Below are positions 52,646 through 64,000 of a stretch of 64,000 nucleotides of DNA, piece after piece. A model generated the notes under the pieces. The model searched no databases. It was given only the letters and a program-made list of their open reading frames with translations, and was not told where the DNA came from. A program made the position numbers and the translations under genes. The stretch spans positions 186,001 through 250,000 of the forward strand of contig JAKMXF010000310.1 of the NCBI GenBank assembly GCA_024704765.1. The letters are read 5' to 3'. Origin of the DNA: Oopsacas minuta (Eukaryota > Animalia > Porifera). Every line of letters begins with the position of its first letter. Position 1 is the stretch's first letter.

Positions 52646-52902
52646 ATCATACAACTCCTATAATGAAAGGAAATTCATGCTAATTACGAATATCTGTATA
52701 GAAAATCAATTCGGCTTAAACTATGAATTTTATCGGTTTTGGGCCCCAAAATGGACAAATATTGATTTAATTAATTAAAATTAAATATAAACAGTATTCT
52801 AGTGTCAAAAGGTGGGAAAAATACCCGCGGACCAATATTTTCACATTTTTCATAGGCATTCTATGAATTAGCCAGCTTTCAGTGACAAATATCAACAGAA
52901 AA

Positions 52903-53321
52903 TCTATATTATTAAATCTCAATGATTGTCTGTCTGTTGTCAAGGAAAGGATTTATGGGATGCAATTTTGAAATTGTCGCGAAACTATGTATTTATCGTG
53001 TTTATCATCAAGTAAATGAATTCAATAAAACTGCACTAAATATATCGAACATGCTGAATCCGAATTTCACACTTTTGGTTTTATCATATGTAAAATTGTT
53101 GTTGTTTTTATGAATATAAACTAACAAATCTCAAAATTGTTGTAGAAACATGCTTTCAACGACTATACTGAGGTAATCGAGTATGCTGAGTATGAATATC
53201 GTAAACAACATCAATAGTATTCAATCTCAATTGTTGTTTGTCTGTTTGTTTGTCCGTCGAATACCTCGAGGCGCAATGCGCCGAATTCATCGCGAAGCGA
53301 CGAGCCAAAGGCTCATTCTAA
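52903..53321 (+). mobile_element. non-autonomous Helitron-like element (copy 3)
   Basis: A|TCTATATTATTAAATCTCAAT start, same body and 3' hairpin as 5284-5675. Confidence 0.7.
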
Positions 53322-53467
53322 TAAAATTCTAACTCAATGAATTGAAATCAATCTTTGGAAATTTCCAGCCAAAATTCAACAAAAAATAATCCCAATAAGT
53401 CTGTTTTTAAGGAAAATATTCTTCGAAAAACATAAAAGAGACTTTGTTTCCGCATTTTCTATATTAA

Positions 53468-53607
53468 CCGAATACTTCCGGGAAAATATGTGATTTTATG
53501 ACGTCAAAATGGTACTAAAATCTCGTTTTTGGTGCGGGAATTGGCTAAAAGGAAGTAGTAAATTTCAGTGTTTCTTTTCATTAACGTAACACTTCGGCCG
53601 TAATCGG
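53468..53607. mobile_element. piggyBac-like MITE
   Basis: TTAA-CCGAATA...TAATCGG; homologous to 34669-34796. Confidence 0.6.
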
Positions 53608-53961
53608 TAAAAAACGATATGCTATGTCCATCCTTTCGTACGATCGAGAAATATCCCTCAATAATGGGATACCCTTAATTGTCCAATTATAACCGTACTA
53701 GTGGACAACTAGAGAGGGCATTATATACTACGTATATACAATGCAATATCAGCTGATCTTAATTATTAACATTTTTCTAATTCATTTCCTCTAGACTTGC
53801 TAAACAACCTGCTATGCTCTGATGAACGAATATTTTTCAATGTATCTCTAATTCCAATATATTTCTATTTATACCTATTCCTAGGATTTTAGATTCCTAA
53901 ACCTTTCGTAATTTGTATTATGTAATTTATGTATTTATTACAAAATATGCAAATAGTACGA

Positions 53962-54117
53962 TAGTGGAACCGGCATAAACCGACACTAGTTGGGACATGG
54001 AAATTTTGCTAGTTCAGCATATTGTCGGATTCTCAGGAGAATTTGTAATGTCGGAAGCTATTTCACAAAAGAAATACAATCGGATTATAGAGGTGTATGT
54101 TTATGCCGGTTTCACTG
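53962..54117. mobile_element. Tc1/pogo-type MITE (partial second copy at about 31318-31435)
   Basis: TIR AGTG(G/A)AACCGGCATAAAC; internal AAACCGACACTAGTTGGGACATG shared with 31318. Confidence 0.6.
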
Positions 54118-54274
54118 TATTCATAGACTTTTAATGCTGGAAAAAAGTCCGCATAATCATAGGATAATTAATTATTAGAGTAGAAAAAGGTCGCGAACTG
54201 TCCTCCCAATCTATCTACCACCATTTAATACTAACAAACAAAGAAAATCGTACAAATATTGTTAAGATAGATTA

Positions 54275-55438
54275 CTAATTCAAGAAAGGTTCTCTTAGAT
54301 GTCTGTCTTGTTGAGATCTAAAACTTTTATAGCAGTTGATGTGACAAGAGTTCATTTCAGAGAATAAATAAGGTACAGTGAAGAGATTCAATACAAATAG
54401 AGAGACTTGAAAGATCAATAAAGGTACTTTCTCAAAAATATTTACGATATGAATAAGGTAATTCAATACATTGAAGTAGGATGAAGAGAGAAGGACATGT
54501 ATACAAATATCGTAAACCTGGAACAGTTCATTAGGATATAGAAATAATAGAAGTACAGCACAAGCGCGTGATATAGTGTATAAGCAGAATGAATTAACTA
54601 CTATATTATAGATTGAAGCGAACAATTTGAACTTTTTAAGACTTTTAGTATAAGATTTGAATAAGTAATGATCTTCTCCAAATGCTATTTTAGTGTCCAA
54701 TATTTTCCATTTAATAATACGAACAAGTTTAATTGAGTATTTGGCTGTAAGATATGATTGTAGTATAGCAACACTACTCTCAATAATATGGAATAATACA
54801 TACACTTCTATTCTCACAAGCAGTAACATCAGGATGATACTAGCAACAGATGACGTCAATAATAGAATCTTCTGTTCACGAGCTAAATCCACTGATTTCA
54901 ACGAGATATTATAACTTAGAGATTTCTTAGTTATCATTACATAGTATGACATCAGTGTGTAAACCAACGAGAATGTTAGGATCAGGGGAATACCGATACT
55001 AGCAAAAAGAACTCGAGCATTCTCATTCAGATACGAACCAAGGAAAGGGGTTACTACACTGATATTGCATTCATTTGTCATATTTCTAGAATGGTTCGGA
55101 ATTGTCTCATTATGAGAGACGGAATAATTGCCGATGTAACCAATACTGAATATTAATACCTCTGTGTAAGAGTTGAAAGAAAAGATACAAGATACAAACT
55201 CAAATAATACAATAGCAAATAGGAGAAGATACTTACGATATTCTACTTTAGAGTTAATTGCCTCTAAGATAGCATCTTGATTACATGAGAGTATACTGAA
55301 ATACTTAGCTTTCCTTCTGAATTGGATAGAACTGTTGAATAATACGATTACCCACAGAAGTAGTATTATTGATTGAATAGAGAATGTAATAGTAAAGATT
55401 GTAGAGAGTATTAAATAAATCAAACTGTAACCAAACAT
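54275..55438 (-). CDS. uncharacterised multi-pass membrane protein (about 7 hydrophobic segments)
   Basis: 387-aa intact ORF with hydrophobic helices and an N-glycosylation-rich loop (NYS, NET, NHS, NMT, NIS); no family motif recognised. Confidence 0.65.
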   Translation of the reverse strand: MFGYSLIYLILSTIFTITFSIQSIILLLWVIVLFNSSIQFRRKAKYFSILSCNQDAILEAINSKVEYRKYLLLFAIVLFEFVSCIFSFNSYTEVLIFSIGYIGNYSVSHNETIPNHSRNMTNECNISVVTPFLGSYLNENARVLFASIGIPLILTFSLVYTLMSYYVMITKKSLSYNISLKSVDLAREQKILLLTSSVASIILMLLLVRIEVYVLFHIIESSVAILQSYLTAKYSIKLVRIIKWKILDTKIAFGEDHYLFKSYTKSLKKFKLFASIYNIVVNSFCLYTISRACAVLLLFLYPNELFQVYDICIHVLLSSSYFNVLNYLIHIVNIFEKVPLLIFQVSLFVLNLFTVPYLFSEMNSCHINCYKSFRSQQDRHLREPFLN

Positions 55439-55808
55439 TGCAGTTAAATATTGTAATATTTTTCACAATAAACATATTTGACAACAAAAACTTTTATACT
55501 TTTCTTGATAACTAGTTTGATTCGAAGAATACTTACTTATTGGAAGAATAATATCCTGATATGATTTTCAATACATCATTGAAATATGCACAAATATACT
55601 AATTAATTAGATTAAGTCATTATATTATACAAAGCATAAATCTATGCTAGGGTTAATTACTTCAATTTAAATCATAATTGTTACTATTACTATTACAAAA
55701 CTTATCTTTAAGAGAATTTATCTTCAACTAGATAAGTGGACCTACATGTGTACTTCATATAAGTATTGTAGCTGAACACTTTTAATAACACATACATTAC
55801 AAGGATAT

Positions 55809-56051
55809 TTAAGTGTCAGGTTTTTTCATCATAGTTCTCCTGTATAAACCGATTTTCTGCAACTCATGTGTTGTCAGGAAGGGTGTGTTAAGAAGCTCTA
55901 AATTAGTTCTCTTTCTTTCTTCAATCATTCTTTTAGTTGATAAGACTGTATTTGTTATTGGTTTTTTTCTTCGAACTTTTCCTGCCCATTGCCTACCTGG
56001 GACTCCTCTGCTCCTTGGGACTGCACGTAACAGAAGCAATGTTAACTGCAT
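55809..56051 (-). CDS. MRPL57: mitochondrial ribosomal protein mL63 (MRP63)-like
   Basis: RGVPGRQWAGKVRR...MI......N...L.TPFLT matches human MRP63 RGRIPGRQWIGKHRR...MI...ENHYWLSMPYMT. Confidence 0.75.
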   Translation of the reverse strand: MQLTLLLLRAVPRSRGVPGRQWAGKVRRKKPITNTVLSTKRMIEERKRTNLELLNTPFLTTHELQKIGLYRRTMMKKPDT

Positions 56052-56624
56052 CGATTAGTGATAATATAACAAGCTCTGTGAACTATCCGGAATTAATATT
56101 TTGAAATATATCTATCAACTAAGTATGGTAAAATGTAAGTTATCTGCAATTCGCAAATAAAATTCCAAATTTTCTGGGATTAGTTGTATACCTTTCGTGT
56201 GGGTATTGTTCCAAATATTTGTGTAGTACAATTTAACCAAATCTTTGATGCTGGAACAGGTTAAGGTTCCACATGCGGAGTTACATTTTAAATAGCTCAT
56301 GTGGAGTCTAGAATCACTCAAACCCGAATGCGGAATGCCTCGATCCGCGGGCGGAGGCAACTTATTTAATACCTCCAATTTGGATAATATAGTAATCACG
56401 AGGCATAAAGTGCGGAGATTGACTATAATTCAATATGTAATACAAATACAAATAAGTAATAAGTATCAATTGAATAATAACATTCACACGGTGTAATTAA
56501 CAATGTAGAATAAGAATAGAAATTGTGTAAATACAAGTGAAATACAAATGATATACTTTACACCTGTTATATGTACGGTGCATATATATATATGTTTTCA
56601 AACATTTACAAACTCTTCAATAAA

Positions 56625-57674
56625 TCACCACACAATCGAATTATCTAAGCTGAAAGTTAGCAGAGACATCCTGTCAGGGTCTGTGAGAAAGATATGACCT
56701 TTTGTATCAATACATACATCCCATGGCTTATGGAAGGAGGTCTCTCTGTCACTAGGGTACACGAAACAGGAGGTGAGATTGTGATGGAAGCAGTAAATAG
56801 ATCCAGCTCCACCTCCACACACAAAAATATCTCCCTGTAATGTGACTGACAATCTTGATGAGTCTTTGAGCTCACCAGCCTCAATACAATGAGTACTGAA
56901 GCTAGCCTTTGGTTCTCCACTGAATGTGTATATATTAATAGAGGTTATTCCAGCATGCAGTACATACACATCTCTGTCTGGTCCCAAACAAACAGATCTA
57001 GGTTTCCTTAGCGTGCCTGGCATATTGTCAAACCAACCAATGAAATGTGAGTGAGCATAGTTCCGCAGGACCTGTACACGAGAGTTATCTCTCTCACATA
57101 CCAACAAATGGTCTCCATGAGTAGACAGGTCACTTGGACCTAGGAACTGATCCTTACTCCTCCCGCTTGAACCAATCGTCTTCTCTAACTTTCCTTCCTT
57201 GCTCAAGATGTATAGCACATCTTTATTGAAGATAGATATTACTATCTTATCTTTTAGTCTAGCTACACCACCTATTGATAAATCTGGAGATAGACTTCCG
57301 AAACTTTTTAAAGCTTTATCTTCATTTGAATCAACTATGCTGAAGGTCTTCTCAGAATCATCCGTCACTACAAGCAGCTCATTACCTGATTGGGAGTGTA
57401 GACATATTGGTTTAGAGGAAAATAGAGTTTCTCTGTCTGGCTTAATGGCTGATTTAGCGTCCAATACAAGTCTCCCTAGATGACGTAATACTTGTAGAAT
57501 AGATTTGTCAAATGCTATCCGGCACTGCACCTGCTCCTCCATATCAGTTGATTCGGCCAGTTTCCTTTCAATTCTATCCAGCTCTTCCATCAGTTCCTGC
57601 TTACGTTTCATTAGTACTTCAAACGCTTCATCGAAATGTTTGGTTAAGGATTCTCTAAGTTTGTTCATTCTCAT
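56625..57674 (-). CDS. coiled-coil + NHL-repeat protein (TRIM-NHL-like, without RING/B-box)
   Basis: N-terminal heptads; GSSGRSKDQFLGPSDL...LLVCERDNSRVQV, KPWDVCIDTKGHIFLTD. Confidence 0.8.
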   Translation of the reverse strand: MRMNKLRESLTKHFDEAFEVLMKRKQELMEELDRIERKLAESTDMEEQVQCRIAFDKSILQVLRHLGRLVLDAKSAIKPDRETLFSSKPICLHSQSGNELLVVTDDSEKTFSIVDSNEDKALKSFGSLSPDLSIGGVARLKDKIVISIFNKDVLYILSKEGKLEKTIGSSGRSKDQFLGPSDLSTHGDHLLVCERDNSRVQVLRNYAHSHFIGWFDNMPGTLRKPRSVCLGPDRDVYVLHAGITSINIYTFSGEPKASFSTHCIEAGELKDSSRLSVTLQGDIFVCGGGAGSIYCFHHNLTSCFVYPSDRETSFHKPWDVCIDTKGHIFLTDPDRMSLLTFSLDNSIVW

Positions 57675-58300
57675 ACAAAACTAATTATAAGAATTGTAAT
57701 TGTGTATAATTAACCCTTTAACAAATGAACGTACGTACGCGTACTAGACATACTGATATTGTAATGGCGGTATTACTTAACACAATGTACGAGATGACGT
57801 GACATCTATCAAAATATAGGAATTTTCAATTTTTGCCATTTTGCGAATTGGAGAGAAATAATATTCAGTAGATTCATGGACTACGTACTACTGAGAATTT
57901 GCATAACTTGAAGCAGTCAATTGATCCACTCTAGATCTAGCTTATACAATGAAACTCAGCTGATTCTGTATTAGCAAAGGGTAATAAATTTAAACTGATC
58001 TATTCTCTAACCCTCCTCCTTCAAACATTTACTGAGTACTATCCTTTGTATACAGTCAACCTCCGTTAACTTAAACATTCGCTATCTCGAACATATCCTC
58101 CACTGAGTGTTCGAGTTCCCAGATATTAATTGTGTTCCAATTATCTCTCCCAAAATATGGAATAATAATCATCTAAATAGATATTCCTGAGAACAAAAAT
58201 TACAACATACATATAATACTACTAGTTTGAGCTATTATGAATACATACACAACAAGCTAGTTAGCTAGTCTATTGAGAATAAACTCATACACAACCTGTA

Positions 58301-59359
58301 TTATAATATTGGTATGTAATTATGTATCTTAGCACGATGTTGCTGAGAAATACACTCAGATATCCACACAATATTCCTCTGCTCTTGTTCCTTCATCCTT
58401 ACGAAGGAATAGAATACTCCAAAGTGGAATTGCTGCATGAATGAGATTTTGTGAAGTTCCATTTCGAACTCGAAGAACTTGTCTTCGAGTGTCTTACCGT
58501 CTGGACCTCCTACCCCGTCAAATATCTTCCTGTAGTCTGAGTAGTAGGCTGCAACCTGTCTCACCTGGTCCTGATCATCTGCCTCTGATAACTTAGCCAA
58601 ACCTTCAGGATACAGATGTCCACACTTGGGATAGAGATTCTTCCTATCATCCTTACTCAGTTCTGTACCAAATGAATTTATGGTTATCATGAATGCACGT
58701 CTGTCTGCTTCAAATTTCAGTATTCTCCCCATCACCTCAGCAGTAGACCCTCCTATCTCCTGGCAATAGTCATAGAAACTCTGTAAATAAGCTTTATATA
58801 GAGTATTCCTGATAACTTCAATGTTCATCTCATCCAAGTCTTGCTCGCTTAGACAATCCTTAAAGTATGGTCCGAGAGGACTATCCACCAAAACTGCATT
58901 GTATAGATCAGCTGTGTTGGCTACAATAGCTATTGTTGGTAACTCCTCGAAGCTGCCTAACGGATGACACTTAGGCATGAGCTCATCAAGACTACGAGCA
59001 TGTAATGTACCAGAAATCAACAGGATTATATTATCTATCATGTAGCTATAGGTGATATAGTCTAGGAACTTAGTGAGAGGATTCATAGAGTGATTCTGCA
59101 AGTGAGTAAACTCTATTATTAGTCTCTCTCTCAAACGATCGTCTAACGTGCTTACAGCTATAGGGGATGGCTCGTTCTGCAAGAAGTTACCATAGTCAGT
59201 TCCTTGCAGGTGTAGTTTGAGGTCCTCTAGAGTTTCGCACTGGGTTAGATTTGTGTAGTCGAATTCTTTCAGTAATCCAGACTTGAAGCCCCTGACCAGA
59301 CCCTCTAAGTAGCCATGGTCTACGTTGAACAGTAAATCAGTACTTGCCATCATCGACAT
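58301..59359 (-). CDS. ATP6V0D1: V-type proton ATPase V0 subunit d, single exon
   Basis: [67 protein letters not shown]. Confidence 0.96.
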   Translation of the reverse strand: MSMMASTDLLFNVDHGYLEGLVRGFKSGLLKEFDYTNLTQCETLEDLKLHLQGTDYGNFLQNEPSPIAVSTLDDRLRERLIIEFTHLQNHSMNPLTKFLDYITYSYMIDNIILLISGTLHARSLDELMPKCHPLGSFEELPTIAIVANTADLYNAVLVDSPLGPYFKDCLSEQDLDEMNIEVIRNTLYKAYLQSFYDYCQEIGGSTAEVMGRILKFEADRRAFMITINSFGTELSKDDRKNLYPKCGHLYPEGLAKLSEADDQDQVRQVAAYYSDYRKIFDGVGGPDGKTLEDKFFEFEMELHKISFMQQFHFGVFYSFVRMKEQEQRNIVWISECISQQHRAKIHNYIPIL

Positions 59360-59834
59360 TTTATTGGCTAAACAATTCACCAAAATATTATTAGAATTTA
59401 GAAACTTAAATTTAAATACAAATCAGGTGAGGAATGTATTAAATCTTTAATTTAAAGCCCAGAGAGTTGTGCAGTGACAGACACATAATACGAAGACATT
59501 TCTCTAGCTGTATAACGAGAATAAAGTGATATTTATTCTCGTATATACGTATATCAATTGAGGATAGGCTATCACCTGACAAGCTACGTTATGTGTAATA
59601 CGTAAAGTAGAAATAAGCTACTTGGAAACAGTGCATGAAGCTATCATAGAACTTGAGCATATTATTGGATGATACAAGTAGTGGAAGGATGCCTATTGAC
59701 AATTGTAATTGAATGAACACTAAGACAGCCTGCATTATAGAAGGGGTATGGCCTCTTGTGTTGTTGAATAGGGTTCCATCATTCAGTAGCTAATGGCACA
59801 AACTCCAATAGCTTTACTCATTTCTTCCAACCAC

Positions 59835-60415
59835 TCAATTGGATATGATAACACAAAAACTTAGAAATATTTGCTTTACCGATTGAGCTAAGAATAATGT
59901 GTCAATACCACTTCCAATACTGTATATTTGTTCCGCACCGATGCACAACCTTATGTAGTCGATCCCTATCAGGCTCCTGCTATTTAAATAGATCCACGCC
60001 CCGTTTCTGAACTCCTCAAAAAAAGGATCCCGAGTCGGATCGTACGATCTTTGAAAGAAAGTTCCAGGTACACGAACATGATACATAACTATACTTTCAG
60101 TACACAATTGAGCATTCATATTTAAATTCTCGTTCGGGTTAATTAACCAGACAGGCCAGTTAAAATGTATGTTACCACTTTTAGAAATGATCCCGCCCAT
60201 GTTTAAAATAAGATCTTGTACACAAGGTATAGATTAAAGTCATGGTTAGGTAACGGGATGGAGGTTGCGCCCGGATTGAGCGAGAAAAATGGGAAATCTA
60301 CTGATATCCTCGTACTGTACGTGTAAATGTCATCAACGAGATGATTAGCGACTTTTACCAGTGGCGGCATGCCCTGCGTGTTTGGCCACGTGTAGTAAAC
60401 GGTAGTTATCCCCAC
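59835..60415 (-). other. two abutting orphan ORFs (70 and 121 aa) in a CpG-rich island; possibly one frameshifted gene
   Basis: Stop of the first ORF lies 2 nt before the ATG of the second; CpG-containing codons are frequent compared with neighbouring host genes; no homology recognised. Confidence 0.35.
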
Positions 60416-61133
60416 AAAATAACAGTATACTTATACAAATACACCTACTACTATGAAACAAGTTGTTTAGAACTTTGATCTAGAGCAATGCAAGGAATTA
60501 TCTAGGACGCAGGACACCCCCCTAGGCGTATAATTTTAGGCAATATTATATTTAGGAGCGTGAAAATTGAGAATATTTCCCTATAGTAACACTAATTTCC
60601 TGGTTTAGGCGTATGAAAACTTGAGAGGAGAGCTAGGAGCATACTTCGATGACCGGTATAATCATCTCCCTGATGCAATGAGTGTAGAATTACCATGTTT
60701 AATCCTATAGACGGATAGTATTTCGTTCCAGTTGTCACAATAATTATGGCTAAAATAGCTTACAATTCAACTACAGAGTAACCTCGTATCTGAGCAGTAA
60801 ATTATCAGAATTTTATAGAGTTAGTCCAGATAAATAAGTTTACACTGTATATACAATTCTAAACTAATCAATGGTTTGTCATTATATTAATTAAGGATTC
60901 TCATATTAAACACAATTAACAACAATCACACGAAAAACCACACATAATTGAAAAGAAACGCTGCAATAAGTAGTATAAAGATGTAGATGTAAATGTATAA
61001 TATCGAAGTGCGAGAACAAGCTTTGCAAAAATATACAAGCATTTTATACAATAAAAGTGCCTTGTTACATCTACAGGTAAATGCTCCGGCAATATCTACA
61101 AGATGCTGAGCTTACTATTCACAGGGAGAGCAG

Positions 61134-62971
61134 CTACACTTCTGTACAGCATGTAGTGCTTGTGCGGACTGACAGAGGGAAAGTTCTTGTTATTGAAATT
61201 CTCTTTATCTGAACCTGTTTCAAATTGACGGGGGAAGTCTGAGTCCCGGTCTCTCTGAGGAGAGGAGGAGGGAAGGATACAGTGAGTGAGTGTGAGCTGC
61301 TTGAAGCAGAGAGAGCTCCAAGAGAACATGAGCTTACACTCGAACTAGATCTGTTATCCACACCATCTGAACCTATTATAATACAGGGCATTCAATAAGT
61401 ACTAATCACTCCAAAAGTTTATGGTATGCAGACAATTGAATGCGTCATTATTACTATAGTTAGGTGAACCACATTTCTACTCTTGATTAATTTTAGTTTA
61501 GCTCTATCTTTGTGTTAGTTACATAGATTTACCATGGTTCATTCTTACTATTGAGTTTTTCATGGCTTCTGTGCGAAGAAACCTAGATATTTACGAGCGA
61601 GCCGATCCCAGGAGACTATTTGAAATTGTGACGGGAGATGAAACGTGGATACCACTCAGTCCACAAGTACTCGTGGATTGAAATTCTTCACGAAAATGCC
61701 AGGCCGCATAAAACTTTGGCTGTAAGACAAAAATTAAAGGTATGCGGATGGAAGAGGTCCTACACCCTCCTTACTCACCAGATATAGCGCCGTGTGATTT
61801 CTGACTGTTTCGCAATTTGAAAGACCACATTTCTGGATATGATTTGAGGATCGAGTCAGCCTCGGACGAGCTATTTATCATTACCTCTGACATACCCAAA
61901 GAAGAGTACAAAATGACATTTGAAAATTGGATTAAGAGGTTGAATTCAGTTGTCGAGTATGGAGGAGACTATTTCGACGAGTAATTCTTATGGATAGTGA
62001 TGAGTATTTATTGAATACTCCGGTATAATCAGTAATATTAAATATGTGAAGTAAGATAGACAGAATGTTTGAACATACTTCTCTTAGCTGGCTTCTTTAG
62101 AATAGATTTCAGAGGTTTGTTTGGAGATTTCTTAGGAGTTTTCTGAACAACATCAGTGCTTACTTGGATATACTGATTCAACTGAACCTGTAAAGTACAT
62201 TATTATTATTAGATAGCTAATTAATAAAATACGAATACTAATTCGAGGATGTCCGTTTGTGAAATTCGCCTATTTATTAGCCAAAGTTTAATACAGTTAC
62301 AAACCTTAGTTTTCTTCTCTGCATCATCAGGTATAGGACTGGGAGGTTGAGCAGATATCTTCTTAAGTATAAACATTCTATACAGATCCCTCCATCGCGC
62401 AGCATATCTCTTCCTTGTACTCCTGAATAATAAGAAATAAATCATATCATGATTGAGTAAAGTACAGTATAGCTAATTGCTTCTGTTTGGGGAATTCGAA
62501 AGGTGATTTTCTGGAGACGTAGTTTCACGAAAGTGATATTATATTACTTATTTGCAAACAGTGTAAACGAACTGAAGACTAGTGCCAAGAATATCCCACT
62601 GCAACAACTCAAATTGTGCGTCAAATATGCTGTAATCACACCTTGTATTTGTTTGCAAATAAAGAATTTAAGCGATATAAGAGGGTTAGTAACCAGAGTT
62701 TCCTTTAAGGGGGGGGCTCCCCCTTGCCAAAATGTCTGGATGGAAGACTAGTTAGCGATACAAATATCGATAATGTCCCTGTGTAAGTATCAACGAGAGC
62801 TCATATATACAGTATTTAGATAAACAAACTTCAATTGATGCATAATCTGATCATCCCATTCAAGAGGAGGGTCATCAATAACAGAGGATAATCTAGTAGT
62901 AGCACTGCAACACAGAGTAAGAGCAATAGCTATGTCATCTGTACAGGCAGACATGTTGAAATCTTCCTGAG
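61134..62971 (-). CDS. 3' exons of an uncharacterised multi-exon gene (62971-62830, 62422-62305, 62187-62079, 61372-61134); continues toward or beyond the window end
   Basis: Four exons with phase-compatible GT-AG junctions give one open frame ending ...RETGTQTSPV...CCTEV*. Confidence 0.7.
61384..62023 (+). mobile_element. internally deleted mariner (DD34D) transposon inside an intron
   Basis: TA flanks, about 27-bp TIRs (CAGGGCATTCAATAAGTACTAATCAC / CCGGAGTATTCAATAAATACTCATCAC), remnants IVTGDETW, LHENARPH, HPPYSPDIAPCDF, W.KR...V...G.YF. Confidence 0.9.
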
Positions 62972-64000
62972 CTTTCAAACACGTAGCACTATAGATAAAG
63001 TGTGTAATAGTTGTTCATAGCTACGAAGATGTGTAGGAACGTATAGATAAATCTCTACGTATAAACGACTTCAGTTATACAATAATTGTGCTAAAATTAA
63101 TTGAATCCAAATACCAACTACAGTAAATAGTTCTAAGCAACATTGGAACGAAGGATATTCCCCAACATATCAAATAAATAATTACGTTAACTTTTGGTAC
63201 TAGAACTATCATAATGTCAATTATGTAATTGACATCATAGAAATTAACTAACCTCGCTATTTCCCTTATTTCACGCGCCTCAATTGTCGAGTGATAGTTT
63301 TGATTTTGTATGTAGTTGTGCATTGAGGAACTTTTAGAATTTCTCATACCGTTTAGAGGTGGAGTAGTAGGAGCTAATTGAATATAAAAGTATTTCTATA
63401 GTAATATCGTGATAGCTGTGAATATTTATAATTGAGATTGATTCCGAATAATCATATGTTTGTTACTCGTACTTACATCTGTATTGTCAGATAGACAATA
63501 GGATATTGGTATTCAAAGGATACCGAGATTATTAGGAGGATGATAAAAGAAATGAGATAAGCTATACTACACTATACATAACAGGGTCTGTCTAGAATAT
63601 ACTCATTTGTTTACATGAATGATAAGTCTATGAGGTGCAGAATAACTAAATAGTAATTTGAGATTAATTACTAGTTCAGGAGCGACTGTAAATTATACTC
63701 TGTACATTATGTAATACAGTGAAACTGCCGTCATAGAACACCTCGCAATAGTGTACACTAATTTCCGGTACCAAATTTATCAGCACATCAAATAATATTA
63801 GGAAGAAACCTGTCTTTAATGAACACCTCTTATTAGTGATTACATGAATATAAGTAAAAACTGTATACCTGGTGTCTAGATTATGAAATCATAGTAAAAT
63901 GTGTTTTCAGTTACTTTAATACTTACAAGAGCGGACCTTCGAATTTTGTACTTCTTATTCAGAGTACGTATTAACCGGAGCAATGTCAATTGAATAACCA

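Noticed and set aside
48705-57674. NHL beta-propeller genes, and the PHD-like tail at about 51140, as a possible RAG2 partner for the Transib
   Set aside because: They are NHL rather than kelch-type repeats, lie more than 23 kb outside the TIRs, and no propeller is joined to a PHD.

Overview
AT-rich, gene-dense eukaryotic DNA with many single-exon genes and very short (about 50-65 bp) GT-AG introns. The gene set (TRAF, NHL, wolframin, laminin remnant, mL63) is animal. The style suggests an early-branching animal such as a glass sponge, which is an inference only. Host genes found: SLC15-type transporter, PSMC6/RPT4, an MBT-SLED-SAM Polycomb-group protein, a TRAF, a VWA protein, a CREB3-like bZIP, an LRRC69-like protein, wolframin, CDK7, two THAP proteins, an OATP/SLCO, two NHL proteins, mL63 and V-ATPase subunit d. 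Between them lie Helitron-like repeats, MITEs (hAT-, piggyBac- and Tc1/pogo-like), two mariner relics, a laminin pseudogene fragment and a Ulp1-like pseudogene. The stand-out feature is a full-length 2,970-bp Transib/RAG1-like transposon (22016-24985) with a 5-bp TSD (CAGGG). Both ends carry the exact V(D)J RSS heptamer CACAGTG plus an identical 9-mer (TGGAAATAG) at 10-bp versus 20-bp spacing, a one-turn/two-turn asymmetry like the 12/23 rule. Its frameshifted transposase combines a Transib-type DDE core with a segment resembling the RAG1 nonamer-binding domain, and the element has no room for a RAG2.
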